Shown here piece by piece: positions 1-11,400 of a DNA stretch of 64,000 nucleotides. A program made the position numbers and the translations under genes. Positions within the stretch are counted from its first letter, which is position 1. Each line of letters opens with the position of its first letter. This DNA is from Rhynchopus sp. YZ270_cl-10 (taxonomy: Eukaryota). The stretch spans positions 806,001-870,000 of the forward strand of contig OZ037838.1 in NCBI GenBank assembly GCA_964035575.1, given 5' to 3'. Under the pieces are notes generated by a model, which was not told where the DNA came from, did not search any database, and saw only the letters and a program-made list of their open reading frames with translations.

Positions 1-980
1 TGGCAATACCCTGACCGCGCTCCGGCAGCATTCCAGCATGCTGTTTGACCCATATAGGGGTCAAGAAATGGCCAAAAACCCCCGAAAAAGGACCCTGGGA
101 GCCCAGATAGTTCCAAATTTCCACCACATCCCCACCCAAACACCGCAAAAACACGACAGAAAGTCGTCTTAAAAAACACACTTTTTTCAAAAAGGTCATT
201 ATGGAACCTGTCTGACGATAGCTATTTTTCAAGAAAAAACCAAAAAAACGGCTATTTTTTGACATCACAAAACCTCCTTTGGCACAAATATACCCCAAAA
301 GTGGCCCGTGAGTCCATTCCAACCTGTTTTGGACATATTTGACACTTTTGGAAGTGTTTTTTTGGTGTTTTTACATCAAAAAAAAAAAAATGGTATGGCA
401 ATGGTATGGCAGCGCTCCGGCAGCACTCCGGCATGCTGTTTGACCCATATAGGGGTCAAGAAATGGCCAAAAACCCCCGAAAAAGGACCCTGGGAGCCCA
501 GATAGTTCCAAATTTCCACCACATCCCCACCCAAACACCGCAAAAACACGACAGAAAATCGTCTTAAAAAACACACCTTTTTTCAAAAAGGTCATTATGG
601 AACCTGCCTGATTACCTTTTTGAAAAAAGTGTGTTTTTTAAGAGGATTTTCTGTCGTGTTTTTGCGGTGTTTGGGTGGGGATGTGGTGGAAATTTGGAAA
701 GATTGGGGTTCCGGGGGCCCTTTTTCGGGGGTTTTAAGCAAAAATATGGCCGAGAATGTGGTCGAGAAACGGTGGCAGTGCTGTCCCGGGGGCGGTCCGG
801 GGGTTTTATGGGGGTGTTTTTCAGTGTGAAAACACCAAAAAAACACTTCCAAAAGTGTCAAATATGTCCAAAACAGGTTGGAATGGACTCACAGGCCACT
901 TTTGGGGTATATTTGTGCCAAAGGAGGTTTTGTGATGTCAAAAAATAACCGTTTTTTTGGGTTTTTCTTGAAAAATCGCT
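1..980. repeat. Complex tandem plus inverted (foldback-like) repeat, probably part of a DNA transposon running off the window start
   Basis: ~1-210 is repeated directly at ~397-610. ~470-592 is inverted at ~614-735, and ~222-372 is inverted at ~826-980. No credible ORF. Confidence 0.8.
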
Positions 981-1414
981 ATTTTGCCCAACATGGCCAA
1001 AACCGTCAAAAAGCCGTTTTTTCACTATTTTTTTCCATTTTTTGGTATTCTGGGGTGGCTTCTGGGTCGTTTTTCGGCCCACAGGCCCTCTGTGACCCAC
1101 TCTGAGGGTGTTTTTCACCCGCAGTTGCCTTGGAAATGACCAGAAGTTTAATCATGAGTTTTTGGTACGAAATTTTATACACAAGTCTATTAGGAGTCGG
1201 ACCCCCTAACCCCCCCCTCTTCCCCTCCTCAAAAGACATGAAGGAAAAAAACGGATAACTAGGCGCAAGCAATAAATATAACAATATATGGGGTTTATAG
1301 GTTGAGGTGCGGTGCTATGCATCACTCCTCTTAAGACCAGGCGCAAGCTTAAGAGCGACTCTAATGTGGGACTTGTCTTACGGCCGATCGAATTGAGACG
1401 TGACTTTTTCTTAA

Positions 1415-1507
1415 CGACCTCAGCAGTTGCAGATCTACGCACTGAACTTAAGCATATCACTCAGCGCAGGAAAAGAAAGCAACAGCGATGCTCCTAGTAA
1501 CGGCGAG
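1415..1507 (+). pseudogene. Fragment of the 5' end of LSU (28S) rRNA; sequence from ~1310 may be ITS2-derived
   Basis: GACCTCAG...ACGCACTGAACTTAAGCATATCACTCAGCGCAGGAAAAGAAAGCAACAGCGATGCTCCTAGTAACGGCGAG matches the universal LSU start (ACCCGCTGAACTTAAGCATATC...GGAAAAGAAA...TAGTAACGGCGAG). Similarity stops after ~90 nt. Confidence 0.85.
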
Positions 1508-1620
1508 AATTGAGACGCGACTTTTTCTTAACGACCTCCTCCCTCTCTCTCTCTCTCTCTTTAGCCTTTCCCCCTCCACTCCCACCCACCCCTTTTTCCA
1601 GAAACACCCCCTCAAAAACA

Positions 1621-2622
1621 ATGTACGGTGTTAGCGGGCGTTTCACCGAAGAGCGTATTAGGGTTCTCGTTGACGCGAAGTGGCCCAGCGCAGAGCTGGA
1701 AGCCTTTCGCAGTACAGGGCCGTCGTCGAGGCCTCCATCCCCCGGACGCAACAACGTTCTGCCGGTGCTTCCAAGCGAGCCAAGCAAGGAGCTGCATTTT
1801 TGTAGTAAGAAGGATGCATACGCTGACCCATGCCCCGAGGGTGTGTCTCGAGATATTGTGAGGATGTACAACAAAAGCCATGTGAGCACACCATTGATCT
1901 GGCATACTACCGAAATTGAAGGTACCTCGTGGGTACGCCGTGGGAACGTCGAAGGCGAGCCGTACGGATCGCTCTCCATCTTATCAGCGTCATTGGGAAC
2001 GGTGGTGGAGACCATGAGGATTGGAGCTGCTTCAGACGGTGCGCACGCAAAATGCCTGGCAAAACTGCTGGAATGTGTCAACGAAGGTCACTGGCTTGTC
2101 ATTATCGAGCAGTCCACCCCATCGCACAGTCTTTACCGTGAGCTAGGTAGGGTCCTCGCAACGTTGCTCCCTGATGCGATTAAGCATCCACAACGTGAGC
2201 TGTTTCGGCTTTGGGTGGTTCTTGAAACAGGGGCGGCGGAGAAGGTGAATCTAAACAAGCATGTGGACCCTGTGTTTCCGAGGATATTCTTGCAGAATGC
2301 GTTGATGTCAAGCAAAAGCTCGCGAAGCGGAAGGCGGCGGAAGATAGTGCGAATGCTGACAACAGATCCCTACGGGCACCCAGAGTTTCCTGACACTTTA
2401 GTGAACCAAGTGCAGAAGCATTGTACCCGGATTGCCAGCGGGCGTGACAGCGACTCAGAAAGCGACGATGACCAGTTGGACCAAGTGCACTGCCCGCTCG
2501 GTCCCGGGGCAAACTTTGTCCGTGCGCACGAGCTTGCATCTTCATCGACGCTGTATGGTGAGGCATTTGCTCCCGTTCCACCGCATATGTTGACAGATGG
2601 GGCAAACCTTATCAAGAATTAG
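1621..2622 (+). CDS. Stand-alone protein with a dynein heavy chain D6 (AAA6) P-loop-like domain
   Basis: ORF 1510-2622, first ATG at 1621 after a CT tract and AG. Motifs STPLIW, EGHWLVI, HPQRELFRLWV and FPRIFLQNAL parallel the dynein AAA6 consensus (TPLIF, EGHWVLL, HPDFRLWL, FPISILQNS). Confidence 0.7.
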   Translation: MYGVSGRFTEERIRVLVDAKWPSAELEAFRSTGPSSRPPSPGRNNVLPVLPSEPSKELHFCSKKDAYADPCPEGVSRDIVRMYNKSHVSTPLIWHTTEIEGTSWVRRGNVEGEPYGSLSILSASLGTVVETMRIGAASDGAHAKCLAKLLECVNEGHWLVIIEQSTPSHSLYRELGRVLATLLPDAIKHPQRELFRLWVVLETGAAEKVNLNKHVDPVFPRIFLQNALMSSKSSRSGRRRKIVRMLTTDPYGHPEFPDTLVNQVQKHCTRIASGRDSDSESDDDQLDQVHCPLGPGANFVRAHELASSSTLYGEAFAPVPPHMLTDGANLIKN

Positions 2623-2644
2623 ATGATTGTGTGTTTTTTATAGA

Positions 2645-2831
2645 TGCAAACCACGAAATGGGTACACCGGTCATACCAAGGTCCACTGCCACGGGAGGGC
2701 TTTGTATTTCAACTCTACCTTTTTTTCCATATCAGCTGCAAACCACGAAATAGATGTAGTGGACTGCATGGTTGGGGGTCCACCCGGTACACCGGTCATG
2801 CACCAAGGAGGGCTGTTGTATTTCAAGTCAA
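2645..2831. repeat. Dispersed ~140-bp repeat, here as two partial tandem copies; other copies at ~10977-11101 and ~60409-60550
   Basis: Shared blocks CATATCAGCTG(C/T)AAACCACGAAA, GGACTGCATGGTTGGGG, CCGGTCAT..ACCAAG and GAGGGCTGTTGTATTTCAA. Confidence 0.75.
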
Positions 2832-3609
2832 ACCCTCCCCTTTTTTTTGGTGAGTTTTGTGAGGGGAAGCTTTTTGCAGAGAGAGTGTTTTACCTTTTTC
2901 TTCTTTTCAATTTGATCTACGAAAATGGGTTTTTTTTTTGCTATTTTGCAAACGAAACAACTATTGTATTCAATACTTTTCCTTATTATTTCTCTGTATA
3001 TTATAGGCGGTGACGAAGGGAAAACCCTGTCTCTGTGTGCATACCCTAGCCCTTTCGGGTGATATTTTGAGTACAGAACAACCATTTTAGCAGTTGATTG
3101 TTGACACAATAACAAAAAATGAAAATGGAGATCGCACAACCGAGGCAACACTAATCCAACAATTTATATTAAAAACAACAACAACAACAACAACACCAGC
3201 AAATAAGGGTTTCCCTGAGGGGGGTTTTTTTTTTGAACCAGCACTGTGCCTAAGTTCATCTCATCAGCTTTTGGGGCCGGAAGCAATATTGCTTGCTTTG
3301 CGAGGTGCGAATATTTATTACTTTTCCTTTTTTTTTGGTTGATGTTGCTCTTTTACAAGACACAACAACGCCAAAAACCACAGAGGGGGTTAGTGGGGAA
3401 GGGAGTCCCCTTTTGTCTTATCGCTGTCAGGTGAAGCCTTGGTTGGTTTTTTTTGTTTGTTCTCCTCTTTTGTTTCCCTTCCAGCAGTCGCCATTTTTCT
3501 ACAAAATCTGTCAGATATCTACCTTTTTTCTGGTGACATCTGGGTGGTAATAAACTCCACAGGCGAACTTTGTCAATTCAATGCAAAACAAAATACCAAT
3601 TTGGACTCC

Positions 3610-3640
<31 letters not shown>

Positions 3641-4486
3641 ACAACAAAAGAAACACTTCTTTGCAAAATTGAAACCGCACCCTACTTTTCCTTTTTATGT
3701 TTTTCCCCCACCCCCGAAAACAATAAAGCAATAAAGACAATAAAGACAAAAGGGAGAGGTTGTGGTGAAACGCACACACCTCGACCTGTCGGTGAAATGT
3801 GGCTCTACTCCAACCCGCCCCGGATTAGAAAAATGGAAAAAAGGATGGGAGTAGGGTATGGTGTTCAATTTCCTTTTAGCATTGCATGTAATCATACAAA
3901 AAAAAAGCGGGGTGGGGGTATGATCTCTTTCCTACACACACACCCTGTCTTCTGCATCTAAGCTCCCAACCCTCCTTAATGGGCAATACCCCACAGTAGG
4001 GCATTTTCCTCCAGAACTGATTCATACCAGACCCAGACCCTCCTCTGCTCTGTGTTCCTCTACGCAACGATAGCGTTGTTCCAGTTATTCAAGCAATGCT
4101 TGTGTGAGGACAGGACGGTGAGAGGCACATTTCACTTTTTGCAAAGTTTTCTTCGTGTACTGCTGTTCCTGGATGGGGAAGAGACCGATGAGAAGGGGAC
4201 TGAGCTGCCTTCGACACATTGCCATAAGTGAGGTGGGGTGCGGGGGGGAGGTGGGGAGGAGGAGGGTGGCATAGTTACACAATACGGTGTTGGGGTGCCG
4301 AAAGGTGCTGTTGGGTGGTCTTTAGTATGGGGTGTATGTGATGTAACAGAGTATGACACCCCAATGCATGTACACGTGTTCATCTCATTGGTTCGTGTTG
4401 CAAGATGGGTAGTTGGGATAGTGTAGGGGGGGTGGTGGTGTTTGTGTGACGTTGGGAGGTATGGGTGCTGGAGGTGGAGGTGCAGG

Positions 4487-5006
4487 TGAAGGGAGGGAAG
4501 GCGTGCAAGAGGGTGTTCGAAAGGAGTGTTTTCTGCTGGCAGGTGTCGTGTGGATGATGCAGGAGTGTGCATGCACGCAGCAGCGTGCCCCCTTCGCAGC
4601 CCAAAGGTCGTATCTTTCGACGTTTGCTGGCAGCCGAAGGTGTGCCTCTCTTTGCAGCATGGGGTGTGCCTGGTGGTTGGGTGGCTGGGTGGCTGGTGTG
4701 GATGCAGCCTTCTGACGTTGTGCTGCAGTCAGCTCAGGATCAGGTTTGTCGTTGCGGCAGGTCGCCACGGGGTGGGGTTGGGTGGATGGGATGACACCAC
4801 GTTGCTTGAAGCGTGCTGCAACGGGTGACGGGGGTTGAGGGGTCGGTTCCGGTTTCCTGACCAACCTCACTGGGCTATGGGGTAGATGCCTCTGACACGC
4901 TGTGTGATGGGTTGGGTTGTGTTCTCGTTAGCTTCTTTTCCCCTTTTTCCCTTCGCAGCTCAAAGGTCAAATCTTTTTTGACGTTTGCTGGCAGCCGAAG
5001 GATGAT
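4487..5006. repeat. Left copy of a direct repeat flanking the 5099-6280 gene
   Basis: 4487-4812 and 4931-5006 match 6814-7193 almost exactly. Confidence 0.85.
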
Positions 5007-5098
5007 CACTCTGGCCTTGGCCTTGCGCCACTTCCACTGGGTCGGGTTGGGTCGCTAGGTGTACACCCTCTCACACGACAGGCGGTGTCAGGGTGAGT

Positions 5099-6280
5099 AT
5101 GCAGGTAAGGGTAGAGGATACCACGGGGCAGACGTGCACGCTGGACATAGCACCCACGGACACTGCACACGACGTCTACGTCAAGGTGGCTTCTAGCAAC
5201 GTAGTAGCAGGCACCCCTGAGCTCTTCTACACGACAGGTGGCGCATCCGTCCGTCTTGTTGACAGCAACACCGCGCTGAAGGAAACGCTGCCAGCAGGCA
5301 CGCACCTCGTCGCCACCGCGCAGTGGACGTACCCAGCAAGCTACGCCGCCTTTGCAGACCTGCTGTCCCTCTCGCCTGGCGGGGTGCGGTGTGCAAGCGC
5401 ACACAGCCTCTCTCCACAGGAGGTGCGCATCACAGACCTTGCGACCGGCACGTTCTCGGTCGTGCCTGGGAAGGTATGCGTGCGTGCCATGGTCCTCACC
5501 AAAAGGCATCTTGTGTATGCATCTGGCAGCACCGTGCGCCTGCTGGAGGGCAGCTCCCTGTCGGTGTGCCACGAGCTCGTTTGCGACAGTGCTGTGCATG
5601 CGATCGCAGGGAGTGCTGATGGGCAGCATATTGTGGTGGGCTGTGCGGCTGGCCTGTATGTGTTCAGCACAGAGACAGGGGAGTGTGTGCGCAGGCGTAG
5701 TGGTGGTATCTTCCTGTCGTCGCTGTCGCCTTGCAGCAGATGGATTGCCAGCCGCTCTGGGCTGTACGCCTTTGCGACGCTGGCACCGCTGCACCGCTTC
5801 GACGTGAACGGGAGTCTCGACTGCGCACCAGCGTTCTCACCATGCTCCACCCTGGTCGCACTGCCCTCCGAACAGACGCACACTATCTGGATCTTTGCGA
5901 CAGAGGATGGCACCTGCATCCACACGCTGACCTGTGCACACGATCGGTACCTCACGTCGCTGCAGTTCGGCAGCTCTGGAGAGTTGTTCTCGAGTTCGCT
6001 GGACAAACGGATCATGAAATGGGACATGTCGGATGGCAGCGGTGTGTGCATATTGGAACATGCCTCAGCGGTGTACGCATGCCGGGTGGCATACGGGGCG
6101 GGTGGCTTTGTGTTCACAGACCTGCGCGGCATGCACACCCACACGCTGTTGGGAGGGGCGCGCCCAGCGACACCTGAAGGGATGGGTCCTGCATCTGCAT
6201 CTGCATCTGCTGTTGCGCCGCAACCACAAAAGAAGATGCGTCGCGAGAAGCAAGCGTCAGGTGGCTGCAAATGCTGCTGA
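5099..6280 (+). CDS. Ubiquitin-like domain plus WD40 beta-propeller protein with polybasic tail and C-terminal CKCC (candidate lipidation signal)
   Basis: MQVRVEDTTGQTCTLDIAPTDTAHDV resembles the ubiquitin N-terminus. WD-like repeats (AFSPCST, SSSLDKRIMKWD). Ends KKMRREKQASGGCKCC. Confidence 0.8.
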   Translation: MQVRVEDTTGQTCTLDIAPTDTAHDVYVKVASSNVVAGTPELFYTTGGASVRLVDSNTALKETLPAGTHLVATAQWTYPASYAAFADLLSLSPGGVRCASAHSLSPQEVRITDLATGTFSVVPGKVCVRAMVLTKRHLVYASGSTVRLLEGSSLSVCHELVCDSAVHAIAGSADGQHIVVGCAAGLYVFSTETGECVRRRSGGIFLSSLSPCSRWIASRSGLYAFATLAPLHRFDVNGSLDCAPAFSPCSTLVALPSEQTHTIWIFATEDGTCIHTLTCAHDRYLTSLQFGSSGELFSSSLDKRIMKWDMSDGSGVCILEHASAVYACRVAYGAGGFVFTDLRGMHTHTLLGGARPATPEGMGPASASASAVAPQPQKKMRREKQASGGCKCC

Positions 6281-6813
6281 ACAACGTCACATTCTGCGAG
6301 CACACCTACGACGAGGTGAAGGTGACACAAGCAGAGTCATTACGTTCATCTGCCCAACTTTTCTTTGGGGTGTTTTTATTGGCCGTACCCAGGTTTCTGC
6401 ACCACTGCAGCTTCTTGGGACGTTTGATTGCGAGAGCGAACCTCACCAGCGTTGTGTCACTTCGTGCCACGGTGTGCGCCGTCAGTATGCACGCAGCACC
6501 CTCTTGCGGAGGGGGGAGGGGAGGGGAGGGTGTAAAGGATAAAGGGGATGGCCAGGGCAACAAAAAGAGTGCAGTGGAGGCACCCCGTTTCTTTGGATAG
6601 TTTTACGTGTGTTGCATGGGTAGCGTACCAAAAGATGAATGGGGGTTTATTATTTATGCAAGAGTAATAGGTCATCGTACGGCTGGTGCTTGTGTGAAAG
6701 GGGCGACGGAGCGGGGTGAAGGTCTGCTTCCTGCAGAAGCGTGCATGTGTTGCGGTGGTTGCGTTCTGAGGTTCGTCCTCCAGGGAACAGGGAAGCTGTG
6801 GGTTGGACTAGAT

Positions 6814-7193
6814 TGAAGGGCAGGGAAGGCGTGCAGAGGGTAGTGTTTCTGCTGGCAGGTGTCGTGTGGATGATGCAGGAGTGTGCATGCACGCAGCAGC
6901 GTGCCCCCTTCGCAGCCCAAAGGTCGTATCTTTCGACGTTTGCTGGCAGCCGAAGGTGTGCCTCTCTTTGCAGCATGGGGTGTGCCTGGTGGTTGGGTGG
7001 CTGGTGTGGATGCAGCCTTCTGACGTTGTGCTGCAGTCAGCTCAGGATCAGGTTTGTCGTTGCGGCAGGTCGCCACGGGGTGGGGTTGGGTGGATGGGAT
7101 GACACCACGTTGCTTGAAGCTTCTTTGTGTATTTTTCCCTTCGCAGCTCAAAGGTCAAGTTTTTTTGACGTTTGCTGGCAGCCGAAGGATGAT
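6814..7193. repeat. Right copy of the direct repeat flanking the 5099-6280 gene
   Basis: Matches 4487-5006 but lacks the ~120-bp segment 4813-4930. Confidence 0.85.
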
Positions 7194-8149
7194 TTAGAGT
7201 TGTGTGTGTTGTGCAGACTGTTGAAGGACAGAGCGGGAGAGACGAAGTGCAGGGCAGCCTTCGCAGCCCAAAGGTCGTATTGTTCGACGTTTGCAGGCAG
7301 TCGATGGTGTGCCTCTGCAGGGATAGTACCTTGTGGGTTAAGGTCAAGAGCACAGTGTTCGCAGGCCTCGCGAGAGGACCGCCATCGCTTTGTCCGAGCG
7401 TAGATGTGTTTCCTTCGGGAGCTTTGGTACCCACACAGACAGGAGGCTGACGTGGTGGTGGGTATGGGTAGTCTGAGGAACCTCCCTACAGCACCCGAGG
7501 GAGACACCCGCCTGGGGGAGATGTGAAGAGATCAAGAGTACCGCGAACAGCGCCCCACAGAGGAATCAAACAACAACAAAAATGGGTCGGGGTTTGGGGG
7601 GAAAAGGAGCACCACTTTTGAACTTGAGAGCGTGGAGGACACGATGCAATGGCATTGCTGTTGGTTTCGAGGCAGAAACGACGCTAGAAGCGAGGGAGGA
7701 AGAGGTGACATCTGAGGTGCGAGGGTACTGTGAATATGCGAGTAGTGAGGACCCGGGGTGACAGGGAGAGGGGTGGAAGGGGATGGGGCTAGGGATGGGG
7801 GGGCCTCCTAACGAGACTGCGCTATGAGGGGTGCCGAAAGGGTGTGCCTTTGGATTACCATCAGAGAGGGGGGTTTTGGAGGTTCCTAATGTTTCTCTTT
7901 GTTTTGGTCATGGTATTGAAGGGACCACGGAGCGATGCTAGCTGGCATGGCCCAGATGCACCGTGATGCGGCCATTGAGGTATTCTTTGGTGCGAGGTAC
8001 GAGAGGGGGGTGTATTTTACGTCGTTTTTTATTTTTTGGGGGAAAAAAGCAAAAACCAAAGAAAGGGGTGGTTTGCGAAAGCTCCCGAAAGGTGTCGTCT
8101 TCTGTCCTGTTGTGTCTCTGTGACACCTTTGACTAGCTTTGGATGTCCG

Positions 8150-11100
8150 GTTAGCTCACTATGAGACCTCGTTCGATGTGTGGCTTGGGTTCTTGGGAGA
8201 ACCCACAGCAGTCAGTTCTTTGTTCAACTGAATGTGACCGTGCAGGTGCAGGTCACGTTGCCAGCCTTTCGTTCGTTAAGCCCCCATGGAGTGCCGCAGT
8301 CCGTGGTGTGTTGTTGGCCGTTTCCAGGTGCCCCTCAGGTGCCCTGTCCATCACATCATCGATGCATGGAAGCAGCTTGGGGCTGCCCAAATCACTGCAA
8401 TGCGATGTGTGCTTCGGTGGCATGCACACAAAACTGCACGAGAACTCACGGCGACAGAGCGGAAGCAACGAAGCAAGGTGGCCGTACGGTGCACCAACGC
8501 AGCTTGCCTCCGACGGCAGGCTGTCAAGATGCCCTCTTCTTCTGTGAAGGTTTGGCGGATCATCGTACCAGCGTTTCCTCTTCGTGCACAGTTCCCCCAG
8601 TGTGTGGGATGGAGAGGGAGGGTGGGTCTTATCGTACATACCAGCTTATGGCACTACCTTAGTGGTTGCTGCTAGGGCGATGCGGCTGTGCTTGTTGCAT
8701 GCACCAAGCTGGGTGTATCGTTTGAGCTGGTGTGTGTCAACCACACCCTGTCCCTGTTTGCACTGTTCCTGTCTCTCGTCAGTTGCAGGGAATCCCCCCT
8801 GTGTTGTCCCTGGGTTATTCCCACTCTGGCTGCCTGATGGTGCTGCCACCTTATGTCTGGTCAATGTGTACGCACCTCGGGTTGCATTCAGCCTTTGTTA
8901 GCCCTTCCATTGGACACTGCACTGTTCCGTTCAGTCCAAGAACGCTTTTGGTTACAACCGTATCTATTAATCTGCCTTGGAGTAGGGGCGGGGTACCACA
9001 GAATCGCTTCGTTGATTACACCAAAAGAAGGGTTTATGAAGAATCTCATTAAGACCTCATTGGTGGCGTTGTGTATAGCATATTTAGTGCAGACAGGGAT
9101 GGAGAGCGATTCTCGTGTAGGAGCACGGCGACAGCTCCGCCGAGTGGTGCAGGTGGGTTCGGGTCTGAGGCGGTGTGTCACGTCTTGACACGATCCGTAG
9201 TGTAGGTGATCACCTTCGCTGCCTTCAGTGCACTTTTGGTGCTGATTTGCGTCGCAGTGAGTCTGCTGCCGTATGTGCGATCGTCAGGCAAATGTAGTGT
9301 CTCATTTGGGTAGTGATCCGTTCATAACGTTGGCCTCGTTTTCCCTGTTCTTTTGTAGCCTTCGGGTGCTGGCAGTGTCGCTAGGTCGTCCGTCATGATG
9401 TTGAACAGCATGGTACAGGCATAGTGTTGTATGCAGTTGGCTCACTGTGGGTTGGTTTGTCAGTTCGTGCATGCGCCGCTTCACCAGCTTTCCCCAAACA
9501 CACTGCTGGTTTCACGGTTTCACAGTTTCACGGGAAGGTGGTGGCTGCTTTTGTGCACTTTGTCCAGGAGGGGTTGTGCTCTCTTCTTTCAGTGCTGTCA
9601 CCGAGGTGCTGTGGTTTGCCCTTCGTTGTGCCAGACGGGACAGCACTTCTTCGTGTGTGCGCACGATCCTTCTTACCAGGAAACCACTTTTGCTGTTTCT
9701 GGTTGTCGTGTTTGTCGGTGTTCACGCCTCTACTGATCCCGAGCCAGAGTGGGTCTCATTCGGGTCTGCACGCTTCGTTGTATTCACAGTGCTGTGCTGC
9801 ACCATGAGCACTGCACCCCCAGTAGGCCTTCTTCCAGACTCTCCTCATTGCAGTGTTTTGCCGCGGTTTGTCTTTTCCTTCCAGAATGGAGGCTTCAGCT
9901 AGGTACGGTAGTCTGAACCATCCCTTTGACAGGACAGCTTTGTTGCAACATGGACTCCTCGCAAAACACACTGACCCGATTGGGAAGCCCAGGAACCCCA
10001 AACCCGTGTGACTCAGCAGAGTGAACCCGACCCTGCCCCCGCCCCCGCCTCCCCCACCTCAGCACCTCTGCCATCAGCCCACCCATAGCGATGAGCTTTC
10101 ATTTGCTCTCTTGTTGGCCTCAAGGCACAGATTGAATGTTGTGCTGGAGTTGGCAAGCCTGCTGCTCAGCCTAAGGTAGTAGCCGTGTTGTGGTAATTAC
10201 CCATCATAATGCACATCACAATGCAAGCTGTATCTGTATGCTGATGGGTTAGCACAACACAGCCACCATCCCGGGGAGCCTCGAGGGAGCTATCCAATAC
10301 CACATCCTGGTAGCATACTGTTCGGCTCATGATGAAGAGGCCTGCTGGCAACTTCCGCCTATTCCGTCTTGCGAGAGGTTGCTAGGACTGCCCTGCCATC
10401 ACCATACCTTTCCTGTCAGTTCTGACCCCGCTGAGGTTATCTTGTCATGTCCATAGGGTGTTCTTGTGGTGTGTGTGTTGGACAGTGTACCTTTTGCAGA
10501 GGCTGGTACCGACCGCGTGGCTCGTGTTGAGTTCCTGTAGGCATAGTGTTGTGTTATGTATGAAGGCTGGGGAAGATCAGATACCGTCGTAGTCCTCGGT
10601 AAGAGAGGGCGAGGCCCCACTGTAGGTACAGCATGGGACGCCAAGAGAGAGATGCTGTGTTCCCCTGCTCTTCGTGCGTCAAGCGTTGGGTGCAGCGAAC
10701 GGGAGTACCTGGAAGCTCAACTTTTCAGCGGAAGGTGGGCCGCCGGCTTGCGAGCGGTTGTGTACCTTCCCCGTTCACACTACGGTACGGGCAAGTCACG
10801 GTTTCCTTTTACACCTTCTGTTCTAGGCCGCAGGGTACTTTGTGCTTTCATCCGGATGGCTGGCATCGTACGTGGGTGCCTGCTGCAATAACTATCCCTT
10901 TTTTCGGGCAGAGGACCCCAACCGGACCCTACACCACAGGCCTGTTCGCAATGATCCCGTTCATCTGGCTGATGAGTGGAAGCGGGTGTAGCACATATCA
11001 TATGTAAACCTTGCACACATGGACTGCATGGTTGGGGCCCACCCCTGTACAGCCGGTCATGTACCAAGATGCACTGTCACGAGAGGGCTGTTGTATTTCA

Positions 11101-11400
11101 AAGCAGCTTTCTTCTTCTTCGTTGCAAACTTCTGCCCCATATGTCGCACCCGGTATGCGCAATACTGCCAAAAGAAATATATGAGGACCATTAGTGGACC
11201 TCTGCTGCAGTGCCAGAAGGCAGCTCTGTATGAAGAAAAGGCGCACAGCCTTCAGGCGCTTCCTCATGACGCACTTCCTCCAATGGACGTGGCAGGCGTT
11301 CTTGGTCACACCACGTGGCGGGTCCTATCTCCGCGTTTCTCCGTGCATTTCCTGCTCACTCTGCCTTTTAGTTGTGCAAATGGAGTGCGTACCAGTAGCG
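8150..11400 (-). mobile_element. Heavily decayed non-LTR retrotransposon (LINE-like); boundaries approximate
   Basis: Frameshifted minus-strand RT motif remnants in the correct order: WKKA..RP (~9760-9840), Q.GF..RSC (~9660-9690), DKV (~9555), PQ...LFNIMTDDL (~9380-9450) and FA/DDRT, a YADD-like motif (~9275-9293). Confidence 0.6.

Noticed and set aside
1415..1507. Functional rRNA gene
   Set aside because: Only ~90 nt is present, with no 5.8S, SSU or remaining LSU in the window.
3960..4230. Possible minus-strand RT fragment (SHRPV, NQF)
   Set aside because: Too short and degenerate to support without a profile search.
5341..6330. Long antisense and alternative-frame ORFs overlapping genes (e.g. 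5341-6330, 36623-37357, recurrent MQRQRRLRARR)
   Set aside because: Shadows of GC-rich coding sequence; they recur only because the host gene is duplicated.
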